Counted from the first letter of the stretch, positions 48,662 through 60,643 are shown. The stretch: DNA of 64,000 nt from an uncultured Acidobacteriota bacterium (GCA_963770895.1 CAVYRF010000001.1:320001-384000), one strand, 5' to 3'. Numbers and translations: made by a program. Notes: generated from the sequence alone by a model not told the origin.

Positions 48662-49489
48662 ATGGCCGACCTGCCGCGGGACCCCGCGTCCGAGACTCGA
48701 GAGAGTCACCGGCGGGCGATCTTGAAGGTGCTGCCTTTCATGCGCGAACGGCTGACCGAGGAGATCGACCTCGAGCAGCTGGCGGGCGTGGCGATCATGA
48801 GCCCGTATCACTTCCTGCGCACCTTCGGCGAGCACACCGGGGTGTCGCCCGCCCGCTTCCTGGGCGCCCTGCGCATCGAGACCGCCAAGCGGCAGCTCAT
48901 CGAAACCGACGACAGCATCCTCGACGTCTGCCTGCGCGTCGGCTACTCCAGCCTGGGCTCCTTTTCCACCCGCTTCACCGAGATGGTCGGCCTGGCGCCC
49001 GGCCGCTTTCGCCAGCTCGGCCGCAGCTTCTTTCCCGACCTGGCCGCCCTGCTGCAGGTGGCGGCGTCCTGTCCGCTGCCGGCGGGAGTGCCGGTGCTCG
49101 CCGCCGGCGTCGAGCGTCAGAACCCCGACCAGGTGGTCTTCGCCGGCCTGTTCGATACCCCCATCCCGCAGGGGCGCCCACTGTCGTGCGCCGTCCTGCT
49201 CGACCGCGGCCAGCGGGACTTCCGCCTGGCCGCGCCGCGCCGCGGCACCGCCTACCTGTTCGCCGTGGCGCTCGACGCCGACGCGCCGCCGCTCGACATC
49301 CTGGTCGGCGGCAGCGCCGTGCGCGCCGTCGCCGGCTCGGGGCCGCTCAGCTTCGACGGCGGGCCGCCGGGCCCGCAATGCCTGCGCCTCCATGCGCCGG
49401 ACCCGTGCGATCCGCCGATGCTCCTGGCCCTGCCGCTGCTGCTGTACGAAAAGGTGGCGGAGTCGGTCCCGCGGAGCGGCGGCGGCTGA
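48662..49489 (+). CDS. AraC family regulator with N-terminal HTH and C-terminal sensor domain
   Basis: LEQLAGVAIMSPYHFLRTF...TGVSP.RFL..LRI..AK, VGYSSLGSFSTRF; C-terminal FAGLF..PIPQGRP..CAVL. Confidence 0.9.
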   Translation: MADLPRDPASETRESHRRAILKVLPFMRERLTEEIDLEQLAGVAIMSPYHFLRTFGEHTGVSPARFLGALRIETAKRQLIETDDSILDVCLRVGYSSLGSFSTRFTEMVGLAPGRFRQLGRSFFPDLAALLQVAASCPLPAGVPVLAAGVERQNPDQVVFAGLFDTPIPQGRPLSCAVLLDRGQRDFRLAAPRRGTAYLFAVALDADAPPLDILVGGSAVRAVAGSGPLSFDGGPPGPQCLRLHAPDPCDPPMLLALPLLLYEKVAESVPRSGGG

Positions 49490-51830
49490 CGGCCAGGAGC
49501 GGCCCCAGGCCGGCCAGCGTCAGCAGCGCGCTGGCGAGCAGCGCCACGCACACCAGCAGTCCCAGGCGGCCGATGGTGGGGACCTGCGAGAAGGCCAGCA
49601 GGCCGAAGCCCAGCGACACCGCCAGCGTATCGGCGGCGATCTCGGGGCCGACGATGCGCACGGCGAAGCGGACGGCATCGGTCCCCGCCGCCGCGGCCAG
49701 GTAGCGCTCCATGAAATGCACCCCGTAGTCCACCCCGATGCCGAGCGTGATGGCGCTGAACATCGACGTCGCGACCCCCAGCGGGATGCCTGCCCATCCC
49801 ATGGTGCCGAACATCCAGAGCGCTGCCAGCGCCGACGGCAGGCTGGCGCAGACGGCGACCCGGAAGGACCGGTAGAGCCACCAGACCGCCGCCAGCGAGC
49901 CGACCAGGGCGAGCCCCACCGAGGCGACCTGGCTGTCGACGATCGCCGGGATCATCGCCTGGCTCACCGCCACGTCGCCGGCCAGGTCGAGGCGCGCCCC
50001 GAGCGGCCGCAGCTGCTCCCGCTCGAAGCGGCGCAGCGCGGCGATCAGGGCGGCGGTGTCGCGATAGTTGGCGTCCTTGAGGAACACCGTGACCAGGGTG
50101 CGGCGGAGGTCCTGGTCGATCATCTCGAGCCGCCGGCGCTTGCCGCGGATGCGGTCCAGGAACAGCAGCAGGCGGTCCACGGTCTCGGGATCGCGCGGGA
50201 TCGCCCGCGTCCCCGGCCGGCGCCCGTTCCACAGGTAGGCCACTGTCGTCAGCTGGCCGTAGGGACCCAGCACGCCCCCCACCTGCGGCTGGCTGCGGGC
50301 GAAGCTTTCCAGGCGCCCGACCGCCGCGAGCGCCTCGGCGTCCAGCAGCGGCCCCGCGTGCGAGCGCGAGCGGCCGACCGGCGCCCGCGGCCCGGTAAAA
50401 GCCACCTGCGCCAGCAGGATGTGCGAGCCGAAGAGGCGCGCGTTCACCTCCTCCGTCGCCACCCGCAGCGGGCTCGCCGGAGCGAAGGAGCCGATCCAGC
50501 TGTCCTGCACGGAGAGCCGCGCGATGCCGGCCCCCAGCGCCACGGTGAGCAGCCCCAAGCCGGCGAGTGTGGCGCCGGGGCTCGCCAGGAGCGGCTCGAC
50601 CAGGCGGACCAGCGCCCCGGCCGGGGTCGCCGGCGACCCCGGGTGGCGCAGCGCCGCCGGCGGCAGCAGCGCCAGCGCCGCCGGCACCACGGTCAGCGCG
50701 TAGACGATGCAGACCAGCATCCCCAGCGCCGCGAACAGCCCGAAGGCGCGCACCGGCGCGATCGCGGACGTCAGGAAGGAGAGGAACGCGATGAGCGCCG
50801 CGAGCGACGACAGCGCCACCGGCCGCATCACCTCCTCGACGGTGGCGCGCACGGCGGCGGGATGCGCCCGGCCGCCGTCGCCGCGCGCCAGCACCCCCTG
50901 GTAGCGCCACAACAGGTGGATCTCGTCCGCCACCCCCACAGTGGTCACGATGACCGGCAGCAGGTAGGTCGTCAGATAGATCGGCACCTCCGCCCATCCC
51001 ATCACCCCGAAGGTGCACACCAGGCAGCACGCCACCTCGCCGAGGCCGATCACCACCCCCCAGGCGCGCCGGCACCCTAGCCACATCACCGCCGCGATCA
51101 GCGCGATCGCCAGCGGCAGCAGCCGCGCCAGGTCGCTCGCCAGGTGGCTGCCGAGGAGCGCCTCCGCCACCGGCGCGCCCACCACCAGGACGCGGTCCGC
51201 CGGCGTCGCGAAGCGCTGCGCGACGCCCGCCACCTGGCGGTAGAGCCGCGTGCGGTCGCCGCCGCCGCCCGCCGCGCCGCCCGCCGCGCCGCCTGCCGCG
51301 TCGCCCGCCGGCGGCACCCCCACCAGGACCGCCGCGGCGCGCCCGTCCGCCGCCACCAGCGTGCCGGTCAGCACCTGCATCGCCGCCACGTCCGAGCGCA
51401 GCAGCGCCATGAGCCGCGGCGTCGTCGGCAGCGGATCGAGGAACGGCCGGAACACCAGGGAATTGGGATAGAACCGGTCGCGCCGCTCGGTGGCCAGGCT
51501 GACCACCCGCTCCGGCCCCACCTCCGGCAGCCGGCCCAGCGCCGCCGTCAGCCCGGCCAGCCGCGCCAGCGTCGCCGGGTTGTAGATCCCCGCCGGGTCC
51601 GCCGTCGCGACCAGTACGATGATCGGGTCCCGCAGGTCGAAGTGCCGGTGCACAAGGGCGTCGAACACCACCGCCGGATCGTCCGGCGGCGCCAGCGACC
51701 GCCCATCCGTCCGCACCTCGAGCCGCGCCAGCCCCGGCGCCGCGAGGAGAGTCGCCGCCGCCACCAGGCCGATCGCCAGCCGCGGCCGCGCCACCGCTCC
51801 CAGAGCCCATCGGCGAAGAAATCGGGTCAC
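49347..51830 (-). CDS. MMPL/RND family transporter
   Basis: Duplicated architecture; VGVADEIH, LGIGVDYGVHF..RY, GFGLLAFS; 3' end overlaps the convergent AraC gene. Confidence 0.88.
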   Translation of the reverse strand: MTRFLRRWALGAVARPRLAIGLVAAATLLAAPGLARLEVRTDGRSLAPPDDPAVVFDALVHRHFDLRDPIIVLVATADPAGIYNPATLARLAGLTAALGRLPEVGPERVVSLATERRDRFYPNSLVFRPFLDPLPTTPRLMALLRSDVAAMQVLTGTLVAADGRAAAVLVGVPPAGDAAGGAAGGAAGGGGDRTRLYRQVAGVAQRFATPADRVLVVGAPVAEALLGSHLASDLARLLPLAIALIAAVMWLGCRRAWGVVIGLGEVACCLVCTFGVMGWAEVPIYLTTYLLPVIVTTVGVADEIHLLWRYQGVLARGDGGRAHPAAVRATVEEVMRPVALSSLAALIAFLSFLTSAIAPVRAFGLFAALGMLVCIVYALTVVPAALALLPPAALRHPGSPATPAGALVRLVEPLLASPGATLAGLGLLTVALGAGIARLSVQDSWIGSFAPASPLRVATEEVNARLFGSHILLAQVAFTGPRAPVGRSRSHAGPLLDAEALAAVGRLESFARSQPQVGGVLGPYGQLTTVAYLWNGRRPGTRAIPRDPETVDRLLLFLDRIRGKRRRLEMIDQDLRRTLVTVFLKDANYRDTAALIAALRRFEREQLRPLGARLDLAGDVAVSQAMIPAIVDSQVASVGLALVGSLAAVWWLYRSFRVAVCASLPSALAALWMFGTMGWAGIPLGVATSMFSAITLGIGVDYGVHFMERYLAAAAGTDAVRFAVRIVGPEIAADTLAVSLGFGLLAFSQVPTIGRLGLLVCVALLASALLTLAGLGPLLAVSRRRSAGPTPPPFRTAAAAGPGASADRTGPAHGGAGIAGPAARRRS

Positions 51831-52045
51831 CGCCCCCGTTACCCCCGCGCCAGGCCACCGGCGCCTTTGCCGTCAGAAAGCTTCTTTAAGCGCTCATTCT
51901 AGCGCAGCGCGCCGCCGGCGTAGGTGCACCCCCGTCACACTCTGACGCCACTGGCGGATTCAGCTATCCTTTGAGCACAGGACCTCACGGCTGGTCCGTC
52001 GTTGCCGGAATCGTGCCGGGCGAGCCATGCAGGCCAAGGAGTTCC

Positions 52046-54001
52046 ATGCATTCCAAGCGAGAAGTTCTAGAACACCTCAAACGAGACGAGCTGCTGGCCG
52101 CTGTGGACCGCTTCGAGTTGCGAGTCGAGGACCGGCGGCTCCGAAGCGAGTTGGTCGATGCCCTCGCGAGATCGCGGCGGACTGAGCTCCCAAGCATCCT
52201 GGCGAATCTGCCCCGAGCGCGGCTGAAGGAGCTTTGCCGAGCACTTGGGCTCGACGACACCGGTAGAGAGAAAGCTCATCTCATCAACCGCCTGGCTGAC
52301 GAGCCCTCCTCCACGCCACAAGCGGCAACAGCATCGCCCGGGGGAGCCAAGACGTTCGCCGCTCGCGCTGCCCGATCTGTCCCACGAGTCGCGTCTGCGC
52401 AACATCCCGTCGCGTCCGTGGTCCCGGGTTTTGACCAGCGGGAAGAACGGGTACCGAGATCGAGACGTAACGAACCCTCGGCGGCGAATCTGGGCTTCGA
52501 GGCAACGCTCTGGCGGGCCGCGGATGCCTTGCGCAACAACATGGACGCGGCCGAGTACAAGCACGTGGTACTCGGCCTGATTTTCCTGAAGTACATCTCC
52601 GACGCCTTCGAGTCCATGCATGCAGAGCTCGATGCCCAGCGCGCGGAGGGCGCCGATCCCGAAGATCCTGACGAGTATCGGGCGGTCAGCATCTTCTGGG
52701 TGCCGCAAGAGGCGCGCTGGGCACACCTCAAGGCCAACGCACCTCAGCCAGCGATAGGGCAGGTCGTGGACAATGCGATGAATGCCATTGAGCGCGACAA
52801 CCCGTCATTAAAAGGCGTGCTGCCCAGGGACTATGGACGCCCCGGCCTCGATAAGCAGCGCCTTGGCCAGCTCATCAACCTGGTCAGCGACATAGGACTA
52901 GGGAGCCCTGCTGACCGCGCCAAGGACGTTCTCGGCCGCGTCTACGAGTACTTCCTGGCCCAGTTCGCCAGCGCCGAGGGAAGGAAGGGCGGGCAGTTCT
53001 ATACGCCGTCACGGGTCGTGCGGGTCCTGGTCGAGATGCTCGCTCCTTATAAAGGACGCGTCTACGACCCATGCTGCGGCTCTGGCGGCATGTTTGTGAG
53101 CAGCGAGAAGTTTATCGAGGCACACAGGGGAAAGATCGGTGACATCGCGATCTACGGCCAGGAATCCAACTACACCACCTGGCGGCTCGCCAAGATGAAC
53201 CTCGCCATCCGCGGCATCGACGCTCGGATCGCCCACGGCGACACCTTTCACAATGATCGGCACCCCGACCTCAAGGCCGATTACGTGCTCGCCAATCCAC
53301 CCTTCAACGACAGCGACTGGCGGGGCGAGCTGTTAAAGAAGGACCAGCGCTGGGCCTACGGCGTGCCGCCCGCCGGCAATGCCAACTTCGCCTGGGTGCA
53401 GCACTTCATCTACCACCTGGCTCCCACAGGGCTCGCCGGCTTCGTGCTGGCCAACGGCTCGATGTCATCGAACCAGTCAGGTGAGGGGGAGATCCGCAAG
53501 GCAATCATCGAGGCGGATCTCGTGGACTGCATGGTGGCGCTCCCCGGTCAGCTCTTCTATGCGACGCAGATCCCGGTCTGCCTATGGATTCTCGCCCGCG
53601 ACAAAAAGAATGGCCGCTTTCGCGACCGGCGCGGCGAGACGCTTTTTGTCGACGCGCGGAAGATGGGAACAATGTTGGACCGGGTGCGCCGGGATCTGAC
53701 GGACGGGGATATAGCGCAGATCGCAACCACGTACCACGCGTGGCGTGGCGAGGAGGGTGCGGGCGACTTCATCGACCAGCCAGGCTTCTGCAGGAAAGCC
53801 AAACTCGATGAGATACGTCAGCACGATCACATCTTGACACCTGGGCGCTACGTTGAGATAGCGGCGCCCCTAGAGGACAGCGAGCCATTCGGGGATAGGA
53901 TGAAGCGATTGGTCGCGACGCTGCGTGGACAAACCGAGCAGGCCGCGAAGCTGGACGCTCGCATTCAAGCCAGCCTGTCGGAGCTTGGTTATGACGAGTG
54001 A
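52046..54001 (+). CDS. hsdM: Type I R-M methyltransferase subunit with N-terminal helical extension
   Basis: [40 protein letters not shown]; AAGGAG RBS before 52046. Confidence 0.95.
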   Translation: MHSKREVLEHLKRDELLAAVDRFELRVEDRRLRSELVDALARSRRTELPSILANLPRARLKELCRALGLDDTGREKAHLINRLADEPSSTPQAATASPGGAKTFAARAARSVPRVASAQHPVASVVPGFDQREERVPRSRRNEPSAANLGFEATLWRAADALRNNMDAAEYKHVVLGLIFLKYISDAFESMHAELDAQRAEGADPEDPDEYRAVSIFWVPQEARWAHLKANAPQPAIGQVVDNAMNAIERDNPSLKGVLPRDYGRPGLDKQRLGQLINLVSDIGLGSPADRAKDVLGRVYEYFLAQFASAEGRKGGQFYTPSRVVRVLVEMLAPYKGRVYDPCCGSGGMFVSSEKFIEAHRGKIGDIAIYGQESNYTTWRLAKMNLAIRGIDARIAHGDTFHNDRHPDLKADYVLANPPFNDSDWRGELLKKDQRWAYGVPPAGNANFAWVQHFIYHLAPTGLAGFVLANGSMSSNQSGEGEIRKAIIEADLVDCMVALPGQLFYATQIPVCLWILARDKKNGRFRDRRGETLFVDARKMGTMLDRVRRDLTDGDIAQIATTYHAWRGEEGAGDFIDQPGFCRKAKLDEIRQHDHILTPGRYVEIAAPLEDSEPFGDRMKRLVATLRGQTEQAAKLDARIQASLSELGYDE

Positions 54002-55334
54002 GTGGGCTCGATGCTGCGTTACTGACCTTGAGGCGCGCGGAATCCTGCATGTGGAGGATGGGAACCACGGCGAGTATAGACCACGCCCCGAAGAGTTCGT
54101 GCCCTCAGGGACTGCCTTCATTCGGGCAGCCGACATGAGTGAGGGCCGAGTTCTGTTCGAGACCGCTTCGAAGATCAATGGTCGAGCCTTAGGACGAATT
54201 CGGAAGGGCGTCGGTGCGGGTGGCGATGTGCTAATCTCTCATAAAGGCACAGTCGGAAAGGTTGCATACGTGCCTCTCAACGCTCCTCGCTTTGTTTGTT
54301 CACCGCAAACAACCTTCTGGCGCTCCTTAGATCAGGAGGTACTGGATCGCCGGTACCTTTACTACTTTCTTTGCTCGGAGAGCTTTCAACTGCAACTGGC
54401 GGCCCGCAAGAGCGAGACGGACATGGCTGATTACGTCAGCTTAACGAACCAACGCTTGCTGTCCGTTCTCGTCCCCCCAATCTGCACCCAGCGCTCCATC
54501 GCGAGTGTGCTTGGGATGCTGGACGACAAGATCGAGCTCAACCGCCGGATGAACTCAGCTTTGGAGCAAACTGCGCATGCGCTCTTCAAGTCGTGGTTCG
54601 TGGACTTCAATCCCGTTCGCGCCGAGGCGATCGGTTGCGATCCAGATCTGCCCAAGCACTTGGCCAACCTATTTCCGAATTCTCTTGAGGCGTCGGAGCT
54701 AGGCGAAATCCCAGCTGGCTGGAGCGTGGTTCCTGTCGGCAAGTTGGCGACCATCGCCGGAGGGACCACGCCCAGTACGAAAGAATCGATATTCTGGACT
54801 GGTGGCATTCATCACTGGGCTACGCCAAAGGACCTGTCGCATCTTCGGGAGCCCGTTCTACTGGACACTGAGCGCAAGATCACTGATCTTGGCCTTGCTC
54901 AGATCGGGTCAGGCCTGCTCCCGGTGGGTACGGTATTGCTTTCGTCTCGTGCGCCCATCGGTTACCTCGCGATCGCTGAGACCCCAGTGGCTATCAACCA
55001 AGGTTTCATCGCTATTTGCCCTCGAGAAGGCATTTCAAATCTCTTCCTTCTCTTTTGGGCGAAATGGGCTCATGAGCAGATCGTGAGCAGGGCTAATGGC
55101 TCGACTTTCCTGGAAATCAGTAAATCGGCCTTCAGGCCGATCCCGGTTGTCTGCCCCTCCCCTGCAATCTTCGAAATGTTCGAGATGACAGTGCGGCCGC
55201 TCTACTCGCGTATCGTTGTCGGTGCCCGGCAGTCGGTAACACTCCGCGCTCTGCGCGACGCGCTGTTGCCTAAGCTTATCTCTGGCGAGCTTCGGATTCG
55301 GGAGGCAGAGCGCATCGTCAGGAGGAGGTCCTGA
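53991..55334 (+). CDS. hsdS: Type I R-M specificity subunit
   Basis: Two TRDs, PP...[33 protein letters not shown]. Confidence 0.94.
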   Translation: MTSEWARCCVTDLEARGILHVEDGNHGEYRPRPEEFVPSGTAFIRAADMSEGRVLFETASKINGRALGRIRKGVGAGGDVLISHKGTVGKVAYVPLNAPRFVCSPQTTFWRSLDQEVLDRRYLYYFLCSESFQLQLAARKSETDMADYVSLTNQRLLSVLVPPICTQRSIASVLGMLDDKIELNRRMNSALEQTAHALFKSWFVDFNPVRAEAIGCDPDLPKHLANLFPNSLEASELGEIPAGWSVVPVGKLATIAGGTTPSTKESIFWTGGIHHWATPKDLSHLREPVLLDTERKITDLGLAQIGSGLLPVGTVLLSSRAPIGYLAIAETPVAINQGFIAICPREGISNLFLLFWAKWAHEQIVSRANGSTFLEISKSAFRPIPVVCPSPAIFEMFEMTVRPLYSRIVVGARQSVTLRALRDALLPKLISGELRIREAERIVRRRS

Positions 55335-56026
55335 TGCCCGACGCAGCTATGACCAGGCAGTTCGCGATGCAGGGCGCACGGGCGGCCATTGAGGGCGGTC
55401 TTTCTCACATCGAGGATCAGATCAAGAGCATTGAGCAGGCAGTGGCGGAGAACCCGGGACTAGCGTTCGACTTGGCGAAGACGGTTGTCGAGAGCACATG
55501 CAAGACGATCTTGAGCGAACGTCAGGTCTCGTTCGAGCCCGACGACAAGCTGCCGAGGTTATTTAGGGCAGTCACCATGAATCTGTCTGTGTTGCCCGTC
55601 ACGCTGAGCAGTGACGCTGATGCCCGCAGGAGCCTGGCGCAGACGCTGACCGGACTGCACACTTCACTGGTCGGTGTGTGCGAGCTTCGCAACGCCTTTG
55701 GCTTCGCCTCGCATGGCTCAGCGGGACCACGGCCCGTCATGGAAAGCGTCCAGGCGCTGCTCGCGGCGCAGGCCGCGGATGCTATTGTCGGCTTCCTGTA
55801 CCGCATTCACAGGCAAGAACGTGCGACCGCTGAGGCGCCACAGCTGGTTTTCGACGACAATGACGCTTTCAACTCGTACGTGGACGAAGCGAATGCGGCG
55901 GTGCGGATCTTCGACCTGGAGTACAGGCCGAGTGAGGTTCTCTTTAACTGCGATCAGGAGGCTTACCGCGATCTCTTGTCCGGATTCGAGCCCGAGAGCA
56001 CCCACGCTGGCCCGGAGGCGATTTGA
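55334..56026 (+). CDS. Abortive infection Abi_C-like (HEPN-related) protein
   Basis: NPGLAFDLAKTVVESTCKTIL...ELRNAFGFASHG; translationally coupled to hsdS. Confidence 0.75.
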   Translation: MPDAAMTRQFAMQGARAAIEGGLSHIEDQIKSIEQAVAENPGLAFDLAKTVVESTCKTILSERQVSFEPDDKLPRLFRAVTMNLSVLPVTLSSDADARRSLAQTLTGLHTSLVGVCELRNAFGFASHGSAGPRPVMESVQALLAAQAADAIVGFLYRIHRQERATAEAPQLVFDDNDAFNSYVDEANAAVRIFDLEYRPSEVLFNCDQEAYRDLLSGFEPESTHAGPEAI

Positions 56027-56041
56027 AGTAGTCGCGCAAGC

Positions 56042-59000
56042 ATGGTTGTGAGCGGGGTGGATCTCAGAGAGTCGATGGTTGAGCAGGCTACGCTTGCGTG
56101 GCTGGAGGCGCTAGGTTATGTCGTGCTTCGCGGCCCGCAGATCGCCGCGGGCGAACCCGGCGCCGAGCGTAGCGACCCACGCTACCGCGACGTGGTGTTG
56201 GAGCGCCGCCTGCGGCAGGCGCTCGTCCGGCTGAATCCCGACCTGCCCTCGTCGGCGCTGGAGGATGCATTCCTGAGGCTTACCCGTCCCGATGCGGTGT
56301 CGCTGTTGGAACGCAACCGTGCAACGCACCGGATGCTGGTGGAGGGCGTCACGGTTGAGTACCGGCGGGCTGACGTCTCGATCGCTGGCGCCCAGGCACG
56401 GGCGATCGACTTCGACCTTCCAAACAACAACGACTGGCTGGCTGTTAATCAGTTCACCGTCGCGGAGGATGGGCACGTTCGCCGGCTCGACGTGGTGGTG
56501 TTCGTCAACGGCCTGCCTCTCGCAGTCATCGAGCTCAAGAGCGCTTCCGACGCGAGCGCCACGATCTGGAACGCCTTCCGGCAGCTCGAAACCTACCAGG
56601 CGGAGATCCCTTCGCTCTTTGCCTACAACGCGGCGCTCGTCATCTCCGACGGCGTACAGGCCCGCCTCGGAGCGCTTGGCGCTGGGAGGGAATGGTTCAA
56701 GCTTTGGCGGACGATCAGTGGCCGAGACGACGACGTGGCGGCGTTCCTGCCTGAGCTCCAGGTTGTCTTGGAAGGAGTGTTCGAGAAGCATCGTTTCCTC
56801 AATTTTCTGCGCTACTTCATTGTCTTCGAGGATCTGGGTGGTGGAGCGCTGGCCAAGAAGATTGCGGCCTACCACCAATTCCATGCTGTGAACTGGGCGG
56901 TAGAAGAGACCCTGCGAGCCGCACAAAGAGTAATGGCGGAATGGGTCGCCGAAGGCCCGGGACGCTACGAGTCGGGACGGCGGCGTGGCGGTGCCCCTGG
57001 TGACCACCGTGTGGGAGTCGTATGGCACACGCAGGGCTCGGGCAAGAGCCTCACCATGGCCTTCTACGCGGGACGAGTGATTTTGCATCCGGAGATGGAG
57101 AACCCCACGCTTGTGGTGCTCACCGACCGCAACGATCTTGACGACCAGCTCTTCGGAATCTTCGCCCGATGCCGCGACCTGCTGCGCCAGCCGCCGGTGC
57201 AGGCGACGAGCCGCTCTGACCTGCGCAGGAAGCTGGGCGTGGGTGGCGGAGGAGTCGTGTTCACGACGATCCAGAAGTTCTTTCCGGAGGCTAGGGGTGA
57301 CCGGCAGCCGGTGCTCTCGGAGCGCCGCAACGTCGTTGTGATCGCCGACGAGGCACACCGCAGCCAATACGACTTCATCGACGGTTTTGCCCGGCACATG
57401 CACGACGCTCTGCCGAACGCGTCGTTCATCGGCTTCACTGGGACCCCCATTGAGACGACCGACGCGAACACGCGCGCCGTCTTTGGCGACTACATCAGCG
57501 TCTACGACATCCGGCGGTCGGTATTCGACGGGGCCACCGTTCCCATCTACTACGAGAGCCGGCTCGCGAAGCTGGAGCTCAAGCAGTCCGAGCGCCTGAG
57601 GATCGACGCCGACTTCGAGGATGTCACCGAGGGAGAAGAGGTCGAGCGCAAGGAGAGGCTCAAGACGAAGTGGGCGCAACTCGAAAAGCTGGTGGGAGCC
57701 GAGAACCGGGTCCGACTCATCGCCAGCGACTTGGTGACTCACTTCGAGGAACGCCTGACGGCGCTGGACGGCAAGGCGATGATCGTGTGCATGAGCCGGC
57801 GCATCTGCGTCGAGCTCTATGGTCATCTCGTCGCGCTCCGGCCGGAATGGCACGACTCCGCGGACGAGCAGGGTGCGCTCAAGCTGGTGATGACAGGCGA
57901 TGCCTCCGACCCTGCGGACTGGCAGCGTCACATCCGCGGCAAAACTCGCCTCGAGGTGCTCGCCCAGCGTTTCCGCGATCCCGGTGACCCCTTCCAGATC
58001 GTCATCGTACGGGACATGTGGCTCACCGGGTTCGACGCACCGAGCCTTCACACCATGTACCTCGACAAGCCGATGCGTGGGCACGGCCTCATGCAGGCAA
58101 TCGCCCGCGTAAACCGGGTTTTCAAGGACAAGCCCGGAGGGCTGGTGGTGGATTACCTCGGCATCGCCGACGCTCTGAAGCAAGCCCTTGCGACCTATAC
58201 AGAGAGCGGCGGCACCGGCGATGCCGCGATCCCCCAGGCCGAAGCTGTCGCCCTGATGGTTGAGAAGTTGGAGGTGTGCAGGGCGCTCTTCCATGGCTTC
58301 GAACGCTTGCTCTGGATCGGGGGAACGCCACAGGAGCGCCTTGCCTTGCTGCCGCTGGCACAGGAGCATACGTTGGTGCAGAAAGATGGAAAGGATCGGC
58401 TCCTGCGCGCCGTCTCGGAGCTGACCCGAGCTTTTGCCCTTGCAGTGCCGCACCAGGATGCGCTCCGCGTTCGTGACGAAGTCGGATTCTTCCAGGCGGT
58501 GCGCGCAGCGGTGGCGAAGAGCGCGCCAGAGGAGAGCCGAACCGACGAGTATCTCGACCACGCGATCCGCCAGATCGTGTCGAGGGCAGTTGCATCCGGA
58601 GAGGTCGTGGACATCTTCGCCGCCGCGGGCCTCAAGAAACCGGACCTGTCGATCCTCTCGGACGAGTTCCTGGCCGAGGTGCGCGACATGCCGCAGCGCA
58701 ATCTCGCGGTTGAACTGCTGCGCAAGCTGCTCACAGGTGAGATCAGGTCCAGGTCACGGCGGAACGTCGTCCAGGCTCGCTCTTTCGGAGACCTGCTAGA
58801 GCAGGCGGTGCGCCGCTACCAGAACCGGGCGATCGAGACGGCGCAGGTGATCGAGGAGCTGATCGCCCTCGCGAAGGAGATGCGGGAAGCGATCTCGCGC
58901 GGAGAGGAACTGGGTTTATCGGAGGACGAGCTCGCCTTTTACGACGCTCTCGAGACCAACGACAGCGCGGTCAAGGTGCTGGGCGAGCCGACTCTCAAAG

Positions 59001-59218
59001 CGATCGCCCGTGAGTTGGTGAAGACGGTGCGCGCGAATCTCACGATCGATTGGGCAGTGCGGGAGAACGTTCGCGCGCAGCTTCGAGTGGTGATCAAGCG
59101 CATCTTGCGGAGGTACGGCTATCCGCCCGACAAACAGGAGAAGGCCACGAAGACCGTGCTCGAGCAGGCGGAGGTGCTGTCGGAAGGATGGACGTCGGGG
59201 TTGCCTTCGAGGAACTGA
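56042..59218 (+). CDS. hsdR: Type I R-M restriction subunit
   Basis: [64 protein letters not shown]. Confidence 0.96.
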   Translation: MVVSGVDLRESMVEQATLAWLEALGYVVLRGPQIAAGEPGAERSDPRYRDVVLERRLRQALVRLNPDLPSSALEDAFLRLTRPDAVSLLERNRATHRMLVEGVTVEYRRADVSIAGAQARAIDFDLPNNNDWLAVNQFTVAEDGHVRRLDVVVFVNGLPLAVIELKSASDASATIWNAFRQLETYQAEIPSLFAYNAALVISDGVQARLGALGAGREWFKLWRTISGRDDDVAAFLPELQVVLEGVFEKHRFLNFLRYFIVFEDLGGGALAKKIAAYHQFHAVNWAVEETLRAAQRVMAEWVAEGPGRYESGRRRGGAPGDHRVGVVWHTQGSGKSLTMAFYAGRVILHPEMENPTLVVLTDRNDLDDQLFGIFARCRDLLRQPPVQATSRSDLRRKLGVGGGGVVFTTIQKFFPEARGDRQPVLSERRNVVVIADEAHRSQYDFIDGFARHMHDALPNASFIGFTGTPIETTDANTRAVFGDYISVYDIRRSVFDGATVPIYYESRLAKLELKQSERLRIDADFEDVTEGEEVERKERLKTKWAQLEKLVGAENRVRLIASDLVTHFEERLTALDGKAMIVCMSRRICVELYGHLVALRPEWHDSADEQGALKLVMTGDASDPADWQRHIRGKTRLEVLAQRFRDPGDPFQIVIVRDMWLTGFDAPSLHTMYLDKPMRGHGLMQAIARVNRVFKDKPGGLVVDYLGIADALKQALATYTESGGTGDAAIPQAEAVALMVEKLEVCRALFHGFERLLWIGGTPQERLALLPLAQEHTLVQKDGKDRLLRAVSELTRAFALAVPHQDALRVRDEVGFFQAVRAAVAKSAPEESRTDEYLDHAIRQIVSRAVASGEVVDIFAAAGLKKPDLSILSDEFLAEVRDMPQRNLAVELLRKLLTGEIRSRSRRNVVQARSFGDLLEQAVRRYQNRAIETAQVIEELIALAKEMREAISRGEELGLSEDELAFYDALETNDSAVKVLGEPTLKAIARELVKTVRANLTIDWAVRENVRAQLRVVIKRILRRYGYPPDKQEKATKTVLEQAEVLSEGWTSGLPSRN

Positions 59219-59433
59219 TCTCGGTTGCGGCGTCAAGGCACTCTCCGGCGCCGAATCGGCTTTGCGATAGAGCCCGGCCCGCCAGGGCACGCAGGCGACC
59301 GCGGCATGGTGGTGCGTCCTGGATGAAGGTGGTTGGGTATTTCAGCGCCACCGGTACCGGCTTTACTCCCTTGTGTCTTTACTCATAAAGTGTGCGAGAG
59401 CTCGGCCGAGATCGCCTGGCCCGGGGTCGTCGA

Positions 59434-60643
59434 ATGGCGCGAATCTTGATCCAGACGCAGGTGCACGACGTCCATGCCCTGGCCCTGGCCCATGCCCTGC
59501 GGTTGCGCGGCCACCAGCCTGTCCTCTAGCTAGTACGGCGCCGACTTTCCCACTCGCCAGACGGCCTCGCTTGAGCTGAGCGGCGGCACCGGTCTCTGCT
59601 GGGAGATCACCGGTGCGGCTCTGCACATGGCGGACGAGCACTTCGACACCGTCTGGTGCCGGCGCCTGGCCTCGTCCGTCGTCTTGCCGAGCGGCATGCA
59701 TCCGGGCGACCGTGACTTCGCGGCGTCCGAGTGCAGGGTCTTCAGGCAGGCCCTTCCCCTGCTCATCGCTCCTCGGGCCTTCTGGGTCAACCCGTCCGCC
59801 AGCCGTGAGCGGGCGGCCAGCAAGCCCGTGCAGCTCCTCGAGGCAGTCCGCGCGGGTCTTCAGATCCCGCCAACCCTCTGCAGCAACGATCCGGAAACGA
59901 TCCGCCGCTTCCTCGCCGACAGCGACGGCGAGGTGATCTACAAGCCCTTTCGGCCTCACCAGTGGGAGCTCGACGAAGAGGGAGTCGCGCTCCTTTTCAC
60001 CAGTGTCGTGACGGGGGAGGACCTGCCCACGGATGACACGCTCCGGCTGGTGCCCGGTATTTTCCAGTCCAGGATTCCCAAGGCATACGAGCTGCGAGTG
60101 ACGTTCATGGGCGGTCACCGGGTGACCGCGAGGATCATGTCGCAGAAAAAGGCCGCCTCGCAGCTCGACTGGCGAGCGGCGTTCGCGGACATCGACGTCG
60201 AGCCTGGCGAGCTTCCCGAGGCCACCGACGCAGCATGCAGGCGCCTGATGGAGCGGCTCGGGATCGTCTTCGGCTGTTTCGATTTCATCGTCACCCCGGC
60301 GGGAGAGCACATCTTCCTCGAAGTCAACGAGATGGGACAATTCCTGTTCATCGAGGAGATCCACCCCGAGATCCGACTGCTGGCGCCGTTCACCGAGTTC
60401 CTGATCAGCGGCGACCCCAGGTTCAGGTGGCGGCCCGGTCCGGACGAGCTGAGCTGCCCGGACCTCAAGGGAGATCTGGAGGGGTATTCGCAAGCAGAGC
60501 TGCGCCTGCACGTCGAAGAGGCGAACCAGTTCCAGGCGAGCGATCGCGCGGAGACCGACGTGCCCGGCGCTCACGACGACCGATCCCCCGGCGACTCTGT
60601 CGTCGCCGGGAACTCAAAGGAGGTTCCAAATGAAGAAGAGTGA
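59434..60643 (+). pseudogene. MvdD/RimK-like ATP-grasp RiPP ligase, disrupted near the 5' end
   Basis: MARILIQTQVHDVHA...HQPVL-stop, then after CTAG CTAG the next frame resumes YGADFPTRQ; WVNP, SKPVQL, IYKP, IFQ..IPKAYELRVT, DWR, FGCFDF, FLEVNEMGQF. Confidence 0.85.

Noticed and set aside
59094-59351. Minus-strand ORF beginning ALKYPTT as a microviridin-like precursor
   Set aside because: Only KYP matches; no leader, no acidic acceptor pattern, opposite strand and overlaps hsdR; a better precursor lies at 60630
51900-59400. R-M block as a defined mobile element
   Set aside because: More AT-rich than its flanks, but no integrase, transposase, tRNA or terminal repeats could be seen
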